Of a DNA stretch of 64,000 nt, positions 38,483 to 49,329 are shown piece after piece (the first letter of the stretch is position 1; each line of letters begins with the position of its first letter). This stretch comes from an uncultured Acidobacteriota bacterium (GTDB lineage: Bacteria; Acidobacteriota; UBA6911; RPQK01; JAPXNP01), in NCBI GenBank assembly GCA_963777605.1, contig CAVZRV010000008.1, forward strand, positions 352,001 to 416,000, read 5' to 3'. Under the pieces are notes generated by a model. The model had not been told where the DNA came from. It saw only the letters and a program-made list of their open reading frames with translations, and made no database searches. Made by a program: the position numbers and the translations under genes.

Positions 38483-40076
38483 TCAGAACTTGAATTCAAC
38501 CCACTGACTCCAGCAGGGAGGGTCCTGTTTCGGGGAGACTCTGATCTTGAACGGGTTCCAGGCTTTCAAATCCGTCCACAGTTCCCGCGGAAAGGGCCCC
38601 AGTATCTGGTGGTTTCCCTTCATCTCGTACGTCCCATCGACATGATGATCACCGACGCCGATATCGTACTGGATCAGGTAGGTGGTTTCCATGTCGCCCC
38701 GCCAGTCCATCAGCAGGGCCCCGGTGTGAACGTCGTATTGAAGTACTTTCCCGTTCTCCGGAGTGTAGATGCGGGGGCAATCGCCGCCGGGTTCGGACTG
38801 GTAGACCTCCGCCGGGCCCCCGAATAGTTCTTTGGCGAGGTGGTCACTTTCCGAAAACATCGATTCCATAGTCGAACGCAGATGCTCGCCAACCTTCGCT
38901 TCCTGCGCATTGAGATTGTGTTGCTCTGCGGGGTCGATCTGGAGGTCGTAGAGCTCGCCGGTTGAGATGTATTTCCAACGCCCGGACCGGATTCCCCTGA
39001 TCCACTCATTCTCCCGCTCCCTCGTGGTCTGATTTCCGGCCGCGACCGACTCGTACAGAAGAACCCGGTCCGGTCGGCTTCCGAAGAGATCTTGTCCCTG
39101 AACTCCGGGCAGGAATTTCGACTCCGCAGAGGCGGGAGACGGTGGGAAGGATGTCGATCTGGCTCACCGGGTCGGAGACGATCATGCCGGAAGGAACGTG
39201 GCCGGGCCAGGAGACGAACAGCGGGATGTGGACCAGTTCCTGGTACAGCTTGGCGTGCAGCGAAGTCGATGCGTGGCCGACGAACCCATGGTCCAGCAAC
39301 TCCTCGCCGTGATCGGCGGTGACCACGATCAGTGTCGAGTCGAGCAATTGCCGATCTTCGAGCAGTTGCAGCACCTTGCCGAAGAGTGTGTCAACTTCCT
39401 TGAGTTCCGCTTCGTAGAGAGCGTCCAGGACCGGCTTGTCGTCGGGAGTGAAATGCGTCGAGCCGAATGGAACGATAGCGCCGTTGAGGACTGCCTTGAT
39501 GCCGGGGCTCTTCTCGAGGTCCTCTCTCGGAGCCGGCATGGCCTCTTGGGCCGGCCGGTAGGGCTGATGAACGAGCGTGGTATGGAACCAGAGAAAGAAA
39601 GGGGACTCCGAACCGGGACCGGTGTTTCCTTCCAGCCAGTTCAGGATGGTCTTCGATTCATCGGCTCCAAGATATTTCCGTTCCACTGCTCCCAGGCCCA
39701 GATTGCGGTAATAGGGAGCGAACGTGAAGAAATTCAGGTTCGGAGTCCGATATCCCTTCTCCCGAAAGATCCTTGGGAGTGTTTGAATCTCCGGCGATCC
39801 CATTCGGTCACGATTGTCGACTCCGTGAACCCGGGGATAGAGTCCACTCAGGATGGAGACCAGCCCTGGTGCCGTCCAGGCCGACACGCTCGAGGCGTTG
39901 GTGAAGACGGTCCCGCGGCGAGCCCACTGGTCAATGTTCGGAGTGGGGCTCGGCTGGTTCCCGTAGGTCCCGAAGCGATCAGCCCGGCAAGAGTCGATGG
40001 TGAAAATGATGACGTTCGCCTGGACCGCCATCGTGGAAAAGAACAGCGCCAGGAGTGCAAGAGGAATCCGGAGCAT
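38483..40076 (-). CDS. Secreted sulfatase-like (alkaline phosphatase superfamily) protein, one frameshift near 39108
   Basis: NVIIFTIDSCRAD, TPNID, TADHGEE, LVHIPL, VSQIDILPT; removing one C continues into GVQGQDL...WKYI..ELYDLQIDPAEQHNL and joins ORF 38483..38869. Confidence 0.8.
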
Positions 40077-40194
40077 CAGTGGCCTCTTCTCCAAGGCGGT
40101 GGATTGCACGTCCGGATCGCCGGTCGGATAATCATCACCGCATTTGCCCGAGCGGGCTTTCAAACCCGGACTAAAATGATAGCATCTCGTTTCG

Positions 40195-40917
40195 GTGAGT
40201 GGTTTCTACTACGCCGTCTATAATCGGATTCCCGCATTCCTGAAACGCCGCATCAACCCCCTCGAATACGGTGTGGAGCGGTTTGTGGCATCGGCTGCCG
40301 ACAAGAGGCCCCGGTTGGTGGTTGACGCCGGAGCCGGAGAAGTGCGTTTTCAGAGACTCTTCCCGCCCACGACGCGGTACATGGCAGTAGACAGTGGGGT
40401 TGGGGACAAGCAGTGGGACTATTCCCGGCTTGATGTGATCGCTGACTTGAGCGCGATCTCCCTGGCTTCCGGGCAGGCCGATGTGGTCATCAACACCCAG
40501 GTCCTGGAGCACGTCCGGAGCCCCGAGCAGGTCATCGGTGAAATCCACCGGATTCTTCGTAAGGGGGGAACCCTCTACTTGACGGTCCCCCAGGGATGGC
40601 CCGAACACCAACAGCCGAACGATTTCTTCCGTTTTACCCGCTTCGGGTTGAGCATGCTGCTCACTCGAGCAGGTTTCGGAGATGTCGAAATCGGCCGCCT
40701 GGGCGGATACTTCCACTACCTGGGACACCGCCTGAGCTATCTCCCCAAGATCGTATTTGCTCCGCAGAAGGGAGTTGCCAGGGTCCTGCTGTTCCCCCTC
40801 GAACTGCTCAGCCTCGGCCTGTTCTGCTTTGTTGTGCCCATTGTCTGTTACTACCTGGACGGTCTCGATCGCTCGGGCGACTTCACTCTCTGCTACCGGG
40901 TTAAGGCGGTAAAATAG
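40195..40917 (+). CDS. Class I SAM-dependent methyltransferase (Methyltransf_11 type)
   Basis: VVDAGAGE, TQVLEHV..P, EIHRILRKGG, HQQPNDFFRFT. Confidence 0.85.
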   Translation: MSGFYYAVYNRIPAFLKRRINPLEYGVERFVASAADKRPRLVVDAGAGEVRFQRLFPPTTRYMAVDSGVGDKQWDYSRLDVIADLSAISLASGQADVVINTQVLEHVRSPEQVIGEIHRILRKGGTLYLTVPQGWPEHQQPNDFFRFTRFGLSMLLTRAGFGDVEIGRLGGYFHYLGHRLSYLPKIVFAPQKGVARVLLFPLELLSLGLFCFVVPIVCYYLDGLDRSGDFTLCYRVKAVK

Positions 40918-41017
40918 GAGTTCTTTTCCCGAAGGAAGACAAAGGGTTTGCGGAATGCAACCGTCGGGCGGTACGTGCATCTGTTATGCTGTCATTGAAT
41001 CGCCAAATCAAAGGAAA

Positions 41018-41373
41018 GGGGGCGCCCTGGATTCGACGGAAGTATTTGAGGCAGTAGGTGCATGCCGAGTTGTCAATTCTCGTAAAACCTGGCAAAAAAC
41101 GATAAGTGCCAACAATCAGTTAGCCTTAGCTGCGTAATTACGCAGTCGTCCGGATGGCTCAGTCCGCGGGGTCGTTTCGGGCGTCACGTTAGCGGACTCG
41201 TTGGTGACGATGGGTTTCTCCAGCGCGTCGCCGAGACCATTTCTGGGGGACTTCGTTGCGGTCCCTTGGCCGATTTCGAATGCCGCAACGCAGCAACAGT
41301 GAAGTCGGATAAGCATGTAGAGCTTGCTGTTGAAGGCTTTCGGACGTGGGTTCGATTCCCACCGCCTCCACCA
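41018..41373 (+). ncRNA. ssrA: tmRNA
   Basis: 5' GGGGGCG...GGATTCGAC; 3' T-arm GTGGGTTCGATTCCCAC plus CGCCTCCACCA; G3-U70 pair; tag ANNQLALAA-stop at 41108-41137. Confidence 0.97.
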
Positions 41374-41391
41374 CCCCTCCTGTCACTCAGA

Positions 41392-42081
41392 ATGCAGCAC
41401 CTGGAAAATCACAGAACTCAGCGGATCGGCTGGTTGCGGGCGGCCGTCCTGGGTGCAAACGACGGCATCGTCTCGACGGCGAGCTTGGTTGTCGGAGTTG
41501 CCGCGGCGGAATCGTCGCGAGCAAACATCCTGGTGGCGGGGGTCGCAGGTCTGGTCGCCGGCGCGATGTCGATGGCGGCGGGCGAATTCGTGTCCGTCAG
41601 TTCCCAATCCGATACCGAAAAGGCCGATCTGGCGAGGGAACGCGAGGAACTGCTGACTGAGCCCGAGTCGGAGTTGGACGAACTGACGAAGATCTACGTC
41701 GATCGCGGACTCGATCGGGCACTGGCCCGACACGTGGCGGAACAGCTGACGGCTCACGATGCCTTGGAAGCCCACGCGCGTGATGAGTTGGGGATCTCAG
41801 AAATTACCACGGCCCGGCCCGTGCAGGCTGCTCTGTCGTCCGCCGGAAGCTTCACGGTGGGGGCAGCCTTGCCCTTGCTGGTCGCTCTCCTGGCTCCGGT
41901 GTCAGCCGTCATTCCGGCCGTATTCCTGGCCTCTTTGTTGTTTCTTGCCGTTCTTGGCGGTGCCTCGGCTCATGCCGGCGGTGCCGGCCGAGGCACCGCG
42001 GCGTTGCGGGTCACCCTCTGGGGTGCACTGGCGATGGCACTGACGGCTGCGGCGGGGGCCCTCTTCGGTGGAGCGGCTTGA
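41392..42081 (+). CDS. VIT1/CCC1 family Fe/Mn transporter
   Basis: WLRAAVLGANDGIVS, AGAMSMAAGEFVSVSSQ, HARDELG, PVQAALSS. Confidence 0.92.
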   Translation: MQHLENHRTQRIGWLRAAVLGANDGIVSTASLVVGVAAAESSRANILVAGVAGLVAGAMSMAAGEFVSVSSQSDTEKADLAREREELLTEPESELDELTKIYVDRGLDRALARHVAEQLTAHDALEAHARDELGISEITTARPVQAALSSAGSFTVGAALPLLVALLAPVSAVIPAVFLASLLFLAVLGGASAHAGGAGRGTAALRVTLWGALAMALTAAAGALFGGAA

Positions 42082-42088
42082 CGTCGGG

Positions 42089-45000
42089 TCAGTCGAGCAC
42101 TTCCCGAATTTTGGCGATCAGGGCGCTCACGGAAAACGGCTTCTGCAGGAAGTGCGCGCTGTTTTCGACGCCCCTGAGGGCCATCACATCGGCCGTGTAG
42201 CCGGAGATGAACAATACCTGAATTTCTGGGTGTATGGCCGAAATCCGTTCGTAGAGTTCCCTTCCGTTCATCCCCGGCATGACGACATCGGTCAGCAACA
42301 GCTGTACCGGCCCTTCGTGTGAGTGCAGAATCTGAATGGCTTCGTGTCCGTTCGAGGCAACCAGAACCGAATAGCCCCTGCGCTTGAGGATCGTTTGGGC
42401 GAGGTTTCTCACCGCAGGGTTGTCCTCCACCAACAGAATCGTTTCCGACCCCTCCAGAGCGGCAATATCGGTCTTCGTCGAGTCACTCTGTCCCTCCTGG
42501 TCCGCGTCTTCCACAGCCGGGAGGAATATCCTGCAAGTTGTGCCTTTTCCGACCTCACTTTCGATGGCGACCCGTCCTCCATGCTGTTTCACGATCCCGT
42601 AGACAGTTGACAGGCCCAGGCCAGTTCCTCCGGCCAGTCCCTTCGATGTGAAGAACGGTTCGAAAACTTGTTCACATGTCGCAGCGTCCATTCCGTGGCC
42701 GGTGTCGGAGACCTCCAGCAGGACGTATGGTTCCGAGTTGACTTCTTCAAGGTCGAGGGCGGCCGTCTCATCGAGACGCACCCTTTTCGTCCGAATCGTC
42801 AGCCGCCCGCCTTCGGGCATAGCGTCCTGGGCATTGACCGCCAGGTTCATGACAACCTGCTCCAGGTGGCCGCTGTCTCCGAGGATCGAGGGGAGATCCT
42901 GACCCAGCACTATCTCAATGGAGACGTCCTCCGGGATCATCCGTCGCAGCAACCGTTCAAAGTCCCGTACCAGGGTGTTGAGGTTGACGGGGCTGAATTC
43001 CAGCCTCTGCTTCCGGCTGAAGGCCAGGAGTTGGCCGACCAGGTCACGTGCTCTTCGTGCCGCCTCCACGATCTCCTCCACCGGTTCTCGAATCGGATCG
43101 CTGTCAGCACTGTCCTCGAGAATCATTTCGCCGTATCCCAGAATGGGAGAGAGCAGGTTATTCAGGTCATGGGCCACGCCGCCGGACAGGCGACCGATCG
43201 ATTCCAGCTTTTGGGCGTGGTGGTACTGTTGCTCCATCCGTAGTTCCTGCGTGATGTCACGCATCGCGGCGACGAAACCGGTGATCCGCTTCACGGCATC
43301 GAATAGAGGCGAAATGACGGCATATTCCGTGTAAAGAGCACCATCCTTGCGGCGGTTGACCATTCGGCCGCGCCAGGTCTCTCCAGCCGTGATCGTCGAC
43401 CAGAGCTGTTGATAGAACTCCGGTGACTGCCGATCCGACTTGAGAATCCTCGGGTTCCGGCCGATCACCTCCGCCCGGCTGAAGCCGGTCACTCTCTCAA
43501 ACGAGGGATTGACGTACTGAATGACCCCGGCGGAATCGGTAATGATGATGGTCTCATCGGCCTGTTCGATCGCTGCCATCAACCGGTTGCGCTCCGCCTC
43601 CGCTTCCTTTCGTACGGTGATATCCGTGACGATTGAGTAGAGGAGCTGTTGTTCTCCCACCCGAACCGGCCCGCAAAATACCTGGACATCTCTGACCTGA
43701 CCGTTGGCAAGGACGTGCTGAAACTCAAATACTGTCTGCTCGCGCCGCCGTGCCCGCTTCATGGCGCTTCGGGTGTCCGGTTCGCTGTATAGGTTGAGGT
43801 CGAAGATCTTCAGCCGGGTGATTTCGTCCATGTTGTACCCGTAGAACTCACACGACGCGGTATTGGCTTCGACAATTGCACCGGACTCAGGATCGATCAG
43901 CAGTTTGACGGCGGGGTTCTTTTCGAACAGATCCCGGTAGCGCCTCTCGCTATCGAGCAGCAATTCCTCGGCATGCTTCCGTTCGGTAATGTCATTGGCA
44001 TAGACCGCGACACGGGCGACGGTCCCGTCGGAATCAAGAACGGGCCAAACGTGATGAACGAACCATCTCCCGCCCCGCTGATCTGCGAAGACCTGGGGCC
44101 TTCCGGTCTCCTGGACCTGCTCGAGGAATCTCCGGCGGCGGAATCCCAACTCGTCCGGGATCAGTTCGGCGGCTAACGTGCCGAGACACTCCTCTACCCG
44201 CTTTCCCAGCCTGGCGGCAAATGTTTCGTTGGCCGCCAATACCGTCCCTTCGCGGTCGAGCAGGCAGAGGGATTCATCAATCGCATTGAAGAATGAGCTC
44301 AGATTCTCCTCGTTGGCCCGGATTGCGGCCGCATCGCTTCTCTGTTTGAGGGCGATCGAGATATTGCCGGCGAGCCGTTCGAAAAGGGCGATTTTCTCTG
44401 GCGTGAATCGGTCCTTTCGGGAGTCGTTAAGCTGAATCAGCCCAAGCCGTTCACTGCCGCAGATCAGCGGAACGAGAGCGACCGACTCGTAGCCCTCGCC
44501 GTTACATCGGTTCCGGGTCCGTGACTGACGGTCCTGTTCAGCGGTCGAAAGCCAGAAGATCGGTCGTGCTGTTGGCCCAGAAGGAGCCCTTATCAGTGAA
44601 GAATGGAAGCTCGGGATTGAATCTACCGCAAATGACATTTCCGCACATGCACTCGAGAACCGGGTTGCCGTCTCTGTCACGAATCAGTTCTCCATTCCCA
44701 TCCACGGCACAGAGGGAACTCTCCCGTTCAACGAACCGGGCTGGGAATCCCCGGGTCTCAAAGTATGGGTAATCGCTCCCGTCCTTCAATCGAATGGCGA
44801 CGGCATCGCAGCCGGACCACTGCTGTATCAGCAGGGTCACCTCACGAATCAGGGCCCTAGTCTGATTTGGCTGCGTCAGAAGTTGAAGGAGATCGATGGT
44901 AACGTCCCGCTCGAGCGTGAGGCTCTTAAGGCTCGAAATGTCATGAATTGTAACCAGGAGATGGGCTTCGCCTTCCGTCGATCCAGGATTTGAATAGGAC

Positions 45001-45510
45001 CCACTCGACTGGGCCTGGATGGCGGCGTGAAAGGTGCGTCCTTCCCCTATGCTCTTCTCCGGGCTCTCGCCGAACTTTAAGCTCGATCGAATTCTCGGCC
45101 GGATTGCGGAAGAATTCGCGATAGAGGGCGCGAAAGGTGGAGGCATCCACGTCAACCAGGAGATCGGCGAACGGGGTATCGTTCAGATTCTCGCCTTGCC
45201 GGTTCAGCATCCTTAAGCAAGCCTCGTTCGCCTGCCGAATGACCCCAGATTCGTCCAAAACTACGTAGGCAATCGGGGCGTTTTGGAAGATAGCGCCGAG
45301 TCGATCCCAGGGATGAGCCAGGTCCATTTGTGCCTGTCGGAGTTCCTCGTCCCGAATCTCCAACTCCGCGCGGCAGACGTCCAATTCATGCAGAAGCTCT
45401 CGGGCTTCGGTTGGATCGAGGCCCCGTAATTCGCCCGAAGTTTTACGGAGCAGTTCTTCGGCCCGGTTGCGGGGGGATAGCCTGGAGTCAGGAATCTTCT
45501 CATCGCTCAT
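42089..45510 (-). CDS. Hybrid sensor histidine kinase (PAS, Cys-rich GAF, three PAS, HisKA/HATPase, REC), two frameshifts (about 45048 and 44550)
   Basis: GGVAHDLNNLL, MNLAVNAQDAM, DTGHGM, FFTSK..GTGLGL, LLVED/LLTDVVMP/KPF; ORFs 44941..45510, 44538..45155 and 42089..44680 join by single-base corrections. Confidence 0.85.
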
Positions 45511-45890
45511 TCTTCAACCTGCAGTGATCCATAAAGACATTTCACCCTACCGTCGGCATGTTTCTCCGGTACCGCGGACCATGCTCCCGTCGGTGCGGAT
45601 TGCATCCACGTGTTCCTGGTAGGGAGCCCCTCGTTCAGCACCCGCCGCAGCACTTTGATCGGTCGCTTCGTTGAACGCTTGAAGTAGAGTTTGGGGGGGC
45701 GAATACTGAACGGGGCAGTCTCAGACGGCGGTTTCCCAAAGATCCGAAAGAATCCGTCCGAAAAGCTGACACGGCCTCGAACCACATAACAACTCCAACT
45801 CGCCAACCGGGCAGCTATTCAGCATCAGCCTTCAACCGGGTCTAGCGCTGGTAGAGCTTTCCGTTCCGCAAAGTTACTGCTCGGCCTTCA
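45507..45890 (-). pseudogene. Degenerate PAS_3-like gene remnant directly upstream of the kinase
   Basis: ARLASWS...SFSDGFFRIFG...DGRVKCLYGSLQ; upstream LKAEQ-stop looks like a broken PAS linker. Confidence 0.4.
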
Positions 45891-46203
45891 ACCGGTTTGC
45901 TTTTTGCCACGGACAACAATCAATCATATACCTTTACTGAGGTGAAAGTGGTCAAGAGAAGGTGCCGAACGCTACGCCCGGGCAGTTCGGGTCACCACTC
46001 GGGATCGGCCGGCGAGCGGTAGCTGGATCGCGCACAGGGGTGATTTCCAGCCGGAATGGCCGATTTTCTCTGGCGTGAGAATCGCCGTTCGGTTCTTGAC
46101 AGGTTCCGCCGGGCCTTCCTATACTTGTCGCGTTTCGATTCATCCAGAGCTTTGGGGGCGTTCTGTTCGGGAATCCTAAAATCTTGCAACCGGGAAGGGT
46201 GTT

Positions 46204-47097
46204 GTGAAAAAGGACTCGAGAGGGGACTTTCTAATCACGGTTTCCCGGGAGGGTTGGCCGTTCGGCCGGTCCTTCAACCTTACGATTAAACTTCTGGTTT
46301 CGACGCTTATTGTCGTGCTTTGCTGCATGACCGGGTTGATCCTCGCGTCATTTCACTACTACCGGATGTGGCTCCAGACCGAGGATTATGCCCGCTTGCA
46401 GGGACGGGTGTACCAGCTTCGCAAGGACGACGAAGGCCTGCGCCTGTCGGCAAAGCAGTTGAGCGACCAGATAGCCGCGCTCCAGGTCACGGCCCAGAAA
46501 CTCAAGATTGTTTCGGGTTTTGACCCCGATGCCCTTGGCGGAGTGGGCGGGCCTGCCGGGAAATCAAATCCGGTGCTCAGCTTGAGCCATAGCGACCTGA
46601 CCCGGCATTTCAAGACCTTGGACAGGAAGCGGATCTCGCTGGAGAGTGAACTTCGTCAGCTTCAGGACTACTACACGACTTCGGAAATTCTCCTGGCCTC
46701 GACCCCGTCGATCATCCCGGTGAAGGGGTATCCTTCCGACCGATACGGGACCCGGGACGATCCATTTACCGGCAATAAGGACTTCCATCCGGGGATCGAC
46801 ATCTCGGCCCCGAAGGGGACGAAGGTGGCTGCATCTGCGGACGGCTTGGTTGTATTCGCAGGACGGCGGCTCGGCTACGGGAAGTTGGTCAGCCTGGAGC
46901 ACAAGTTCGGCCTCTCTACCCGCTACGGGCATTTGGACCGGTACGTGGTAAAGGCCGGACAGCGGGTGAAGAAGGGCGATATCATTGGCTATGTCGGCTC
47001 GACGGGCCGGGCCACGGGTTCGCACCTGCATTACGAAGTCCGCCTTCGGAACCAGCCGCTCAATCCGCTCCGATTCTTCCAGGATTCGATCAACTAG
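46204..47097 (+). CDS. M23 family metallopeptidase (N-terminal TM, coiled coil)
   Basis: HPGIDI, TRYGHL, GSTGRATGSHLHYEV. Confidence 0.92.
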   Translation: MKKDSRGDFLITVSREGWPFGRSFNLTIKLLVSTLIVVLCCMTGLILASFHYYRMWLQTEDYARLQGRVYQLRKDDEGLRLSAKQLSDQIAALQVTAQKLKIVSGFDPDALGGVGGPAGKSNPVLSLSHSDLTRHFKTLDRKRISLESELRQLQDYYTTSEILLASTPSIIPVKGYPSDRYGTRDDPFTGNKDFHPGIDISAPKGTKVAASADGLVVFAGRRLGYGKLVSLEHKFGLSTRYGHLDRYVVKAGQRVKKGDIIGYVGSTGRATGSHLHYEVRLRNQPLNPLRFFQDSIN

Positions 47098-47355
47098 TGT
47101 CCTGAGTCGGTCGCAGTGGTCAAGGTTCCAATTCAGCCCGGCCCCTCCGTGCTGCGGAGATCATCCGCAGGGTGAACCTGCTGAAGCATCGCCAGATGAG
47201 CGCGCCGACGCAGGGTCATTTTCAGCCCGGCGCCAACACCCGGGAATGGGAGCCGGGACGGCAATGCAGCCCTGAAAGTGCGATTCAGTCCCGGTGGCGG
47301 ACTGTTTCAGAACAAACCGGAAATCAAGAATCATGGATTGAGAATGTTCGCTGTC

Positions 47356-47404
47356 GCCGGGCAAGCTGCCCGGCAGACATCCCAGGCAAGGCTGCCTGGA
47401 TTAC
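47356..47404 (-). repeat. Double-hairpin REP unit (family C)
   Basis: Matches 16823-16871 with compensatory base-pair changes. Confidence 0.7.
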
Positions 47405-47514
47405 TCCCCTCCAGGAACGAGAAACCAGGAACCAGGAACTCATCCCAAAGTGAAGTTTCAGGTCAGCCGGGCCCCCGGCGCGCGCCGGACCATTCAGAGC
47501 GTGAAACTCGGCAC

Positions 47515-47710
47515 GGGCGCTGAAGGCGCCTTGGTTTCAGCCCAGGGCTTGCCCTGGGTCTGTGGTCCTGCACTTCGATTGCGGCCTGTAAGGTCGCGCC
47601 GATTCTTCACGTCCGGAGAGCTGTGCCGCCCTTTCAGGGCTGGATTCTTGATGGGTGGGCCGTAAACCCAGGCAAATGCCTGGGCTGGAAACAGGCCCCC
47701 TTCAGGGGCC
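47515..47710. repeat. Palindromic REPIN-like element related to family B
   Basis: Left arm gggcgctgaaggcgcc...agcccagggcttgccctgggt is an imperfect inverted repeat of right arm acccaggcaaatgcctgggct...ccccttcaggggcc; inner gccctttcagggc hairpin; degenerate half-copy at about 47205-47285. Confidence 0.7.
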
Positions 47711-48180
47711 AGCCCGGCGCCGATCCCGTGATCATCACTCATCCACGGCTGGCACCGGAACAGGAACCAGGATCCAGCCGATAATCGCGCCCCTGGCTCT
47801 CCACAACCAGGTTCCGGCCAGAGTAAATCACGTCATTGGCTCTCCACCGATCGGCCAATTCAGATCCAGACGCGTCCAAATCACTCCAGGATTTCCAGTT
47901 CAACCCATCTTCATGGGCCGGGATGCGGAGTACGTCGATTCCCCAATCCCCGTCTCCGCGACTCCTCCTTTCCATCGAGTGTCATCCCGGCCGGGTTCTC
48001 GTTGCGCAAAATCGATTCCAATTCTTAGATTCCTGATAAAATATTAAAAATAAATGCCTTAGGATTTTGGCTGTGAAGATCCGAGAAGAGAAGTCGAGGG
48101 CTGGCTGGAGGATTTGTCGGGAGATGTCTTTGACTTCTTCAGAAAGATTGAAGGATCGCAGATCAGGTTAGACTTTCGAG

Positions 48181-48771
48181 GTGTTGATGCATCATAAGTT
48201 CGAGAGGGAAATGGAGCAGACCGACCAGTACCTTCTAGAACTGGCAGTAAGAGGGGACGGGGGGTCTTTCGGCCAACTCATGGAGCGCTGGGACCGGAAG
48301 ATCTTCGGCTTTATCCGGCGATATGTTGGCAACCGTGAGGATGCCGAGGACCTGACTCAGAATACATTTGTCAAGGCCTTTCAGAACTTGGGGAGCCTGT
48401 CGAACCCCAGTCATTTTGCGTCCTGGCTTTACAAGATTGCCCTCAACGAATGCAGGATGACATTCCGGAAGCAGAAAGGGCGGACCGCCGTTTCTCTCGA
48501 GGACTCTCAGCCTGAAGTGGACGACCGGACCAGGGAAGAGATTTCTCCCGAGCGGACACTCGAAGGAAGGGAGAAGGTCTCTCGGTTGGAAGAAGCCTTT
48601 CGGAAGCTTCCCGTCGAACAGCGGGAGGTTCTCCTGATGAAGGAGTTCCAGGGGCTTCGATTTCAGGACATCGCCGACGTCCTGGGTATTCCGGTCTCGA
48701 CGGCGAAGTCACGTTTGTACCTGGGCCTGAAGTCGCTCAGGTGTGTGCTGGAGAACGAAGATGAACTGTGA
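48181..48771 (+). CDS. ECF RNA polymerase sigma factor
   Basis: AEDLTQNTFVKAF, FASWLYKIALNEC, GLRFQDIA..STAKSRLYLG; alternative start ATG 48211. Confidence 0.92.
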   Translation: MLMHHKFEREMEQTDQYLLELAVRGDGGSFGQLMERWDRKIFGFIRRYVGNREDAEDLTQNTFVKAFQNLGSLSNPSHFASWLYKIALNECRMTFRKQKGRTAVSLEDSQPEVDDRTREEISPERTLEGREKVSRLEEAFRKLPVEQREVLLMKEFQGLRFQDIADVLGIPVSTAKSRLYLGLKSLRCVLENEDEL

Positions 48772-49318
48772 GCAATGTCAGGATTTGATGGTCGAAGTGC
48801 TCTACGGGGAGGAAGTTCGTCCACGGGTCTCCTACGAGTTTTTTGCTCATCTCAGGGGTTGCCCGACCTGTGACAGTGAGTACGTGGAACTCCTGGAAAC
48901 CCGGGAGCAATTGTCTTCCTGGAACATTCCGGAAGAGCCCCGCGCGAATCTGCCGACCTTTTCCGGATGGAAGTCGGGACTGGCACGGATGTGGTGGCCG
49001 GGCTTGCAGAAGCTGGCCGCCGGAGTCCTGGTGGCCGCCGGCATCCTGTTCCTGCTTCAGCAGGCTGGGTGGGTGAACCTGGGGCAGACCACGACCGACG
49101 AGCACATCGAGGAGATGGTGCAGAACCTGGTTGCGGCCCGCCAGGAGGAGACCCTGCGGGTAATTGGCGGAGCCCTCCTCGACATCAAGGAAGACATGAC
49201 GATGCGGAACCGGGCCACGATGGATTCGGTCTACGGGGACATGTACACGCTGGAGAAGAGATACCTCCAGGTTCTCGAAGAGAACAACCAGCAACTGGGG
49301 CGTTTGTTGCAGCGTTAA
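48761..49318 (+). CDS. Zinc-finger transmembrane anti-sigma factor
   Basis: MNCEQC...HLRGCPTC, TM helix, helical C-terminal region; overlaps the sigma stop. Confidence 0.8.
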   Translation: MNCEQCQDLMVEVLYGEEVRPRVSYEFFAHLRGCPTCDSEYVELLETREQLSSWNIPEEPRANLPTFSGWKSGLARMWWPGLQKLAAGVLVAAGILFLLQQAGWVNLGQTTTDEHIEEMVQNLVAARQEETLRVIGGALLDIKEDMTMRNRATMDSVYGDMYTLEKRYLQVLEENNQQLGRLLQR

Positions 49319-49329
49319 GAGGGGGAGTC

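Noticed and set aside
41341-41373. tRNA-like T-arm and CCA end
   Set aside because: This is the 3' end of tmRNA, not a separate tRNA.
47739-47975. 78-aa minus-strand ORF
   Set aside because: No motif or clear RBS, and it lies next to a repeat hotspot. It could be a remnant but is unsupported.
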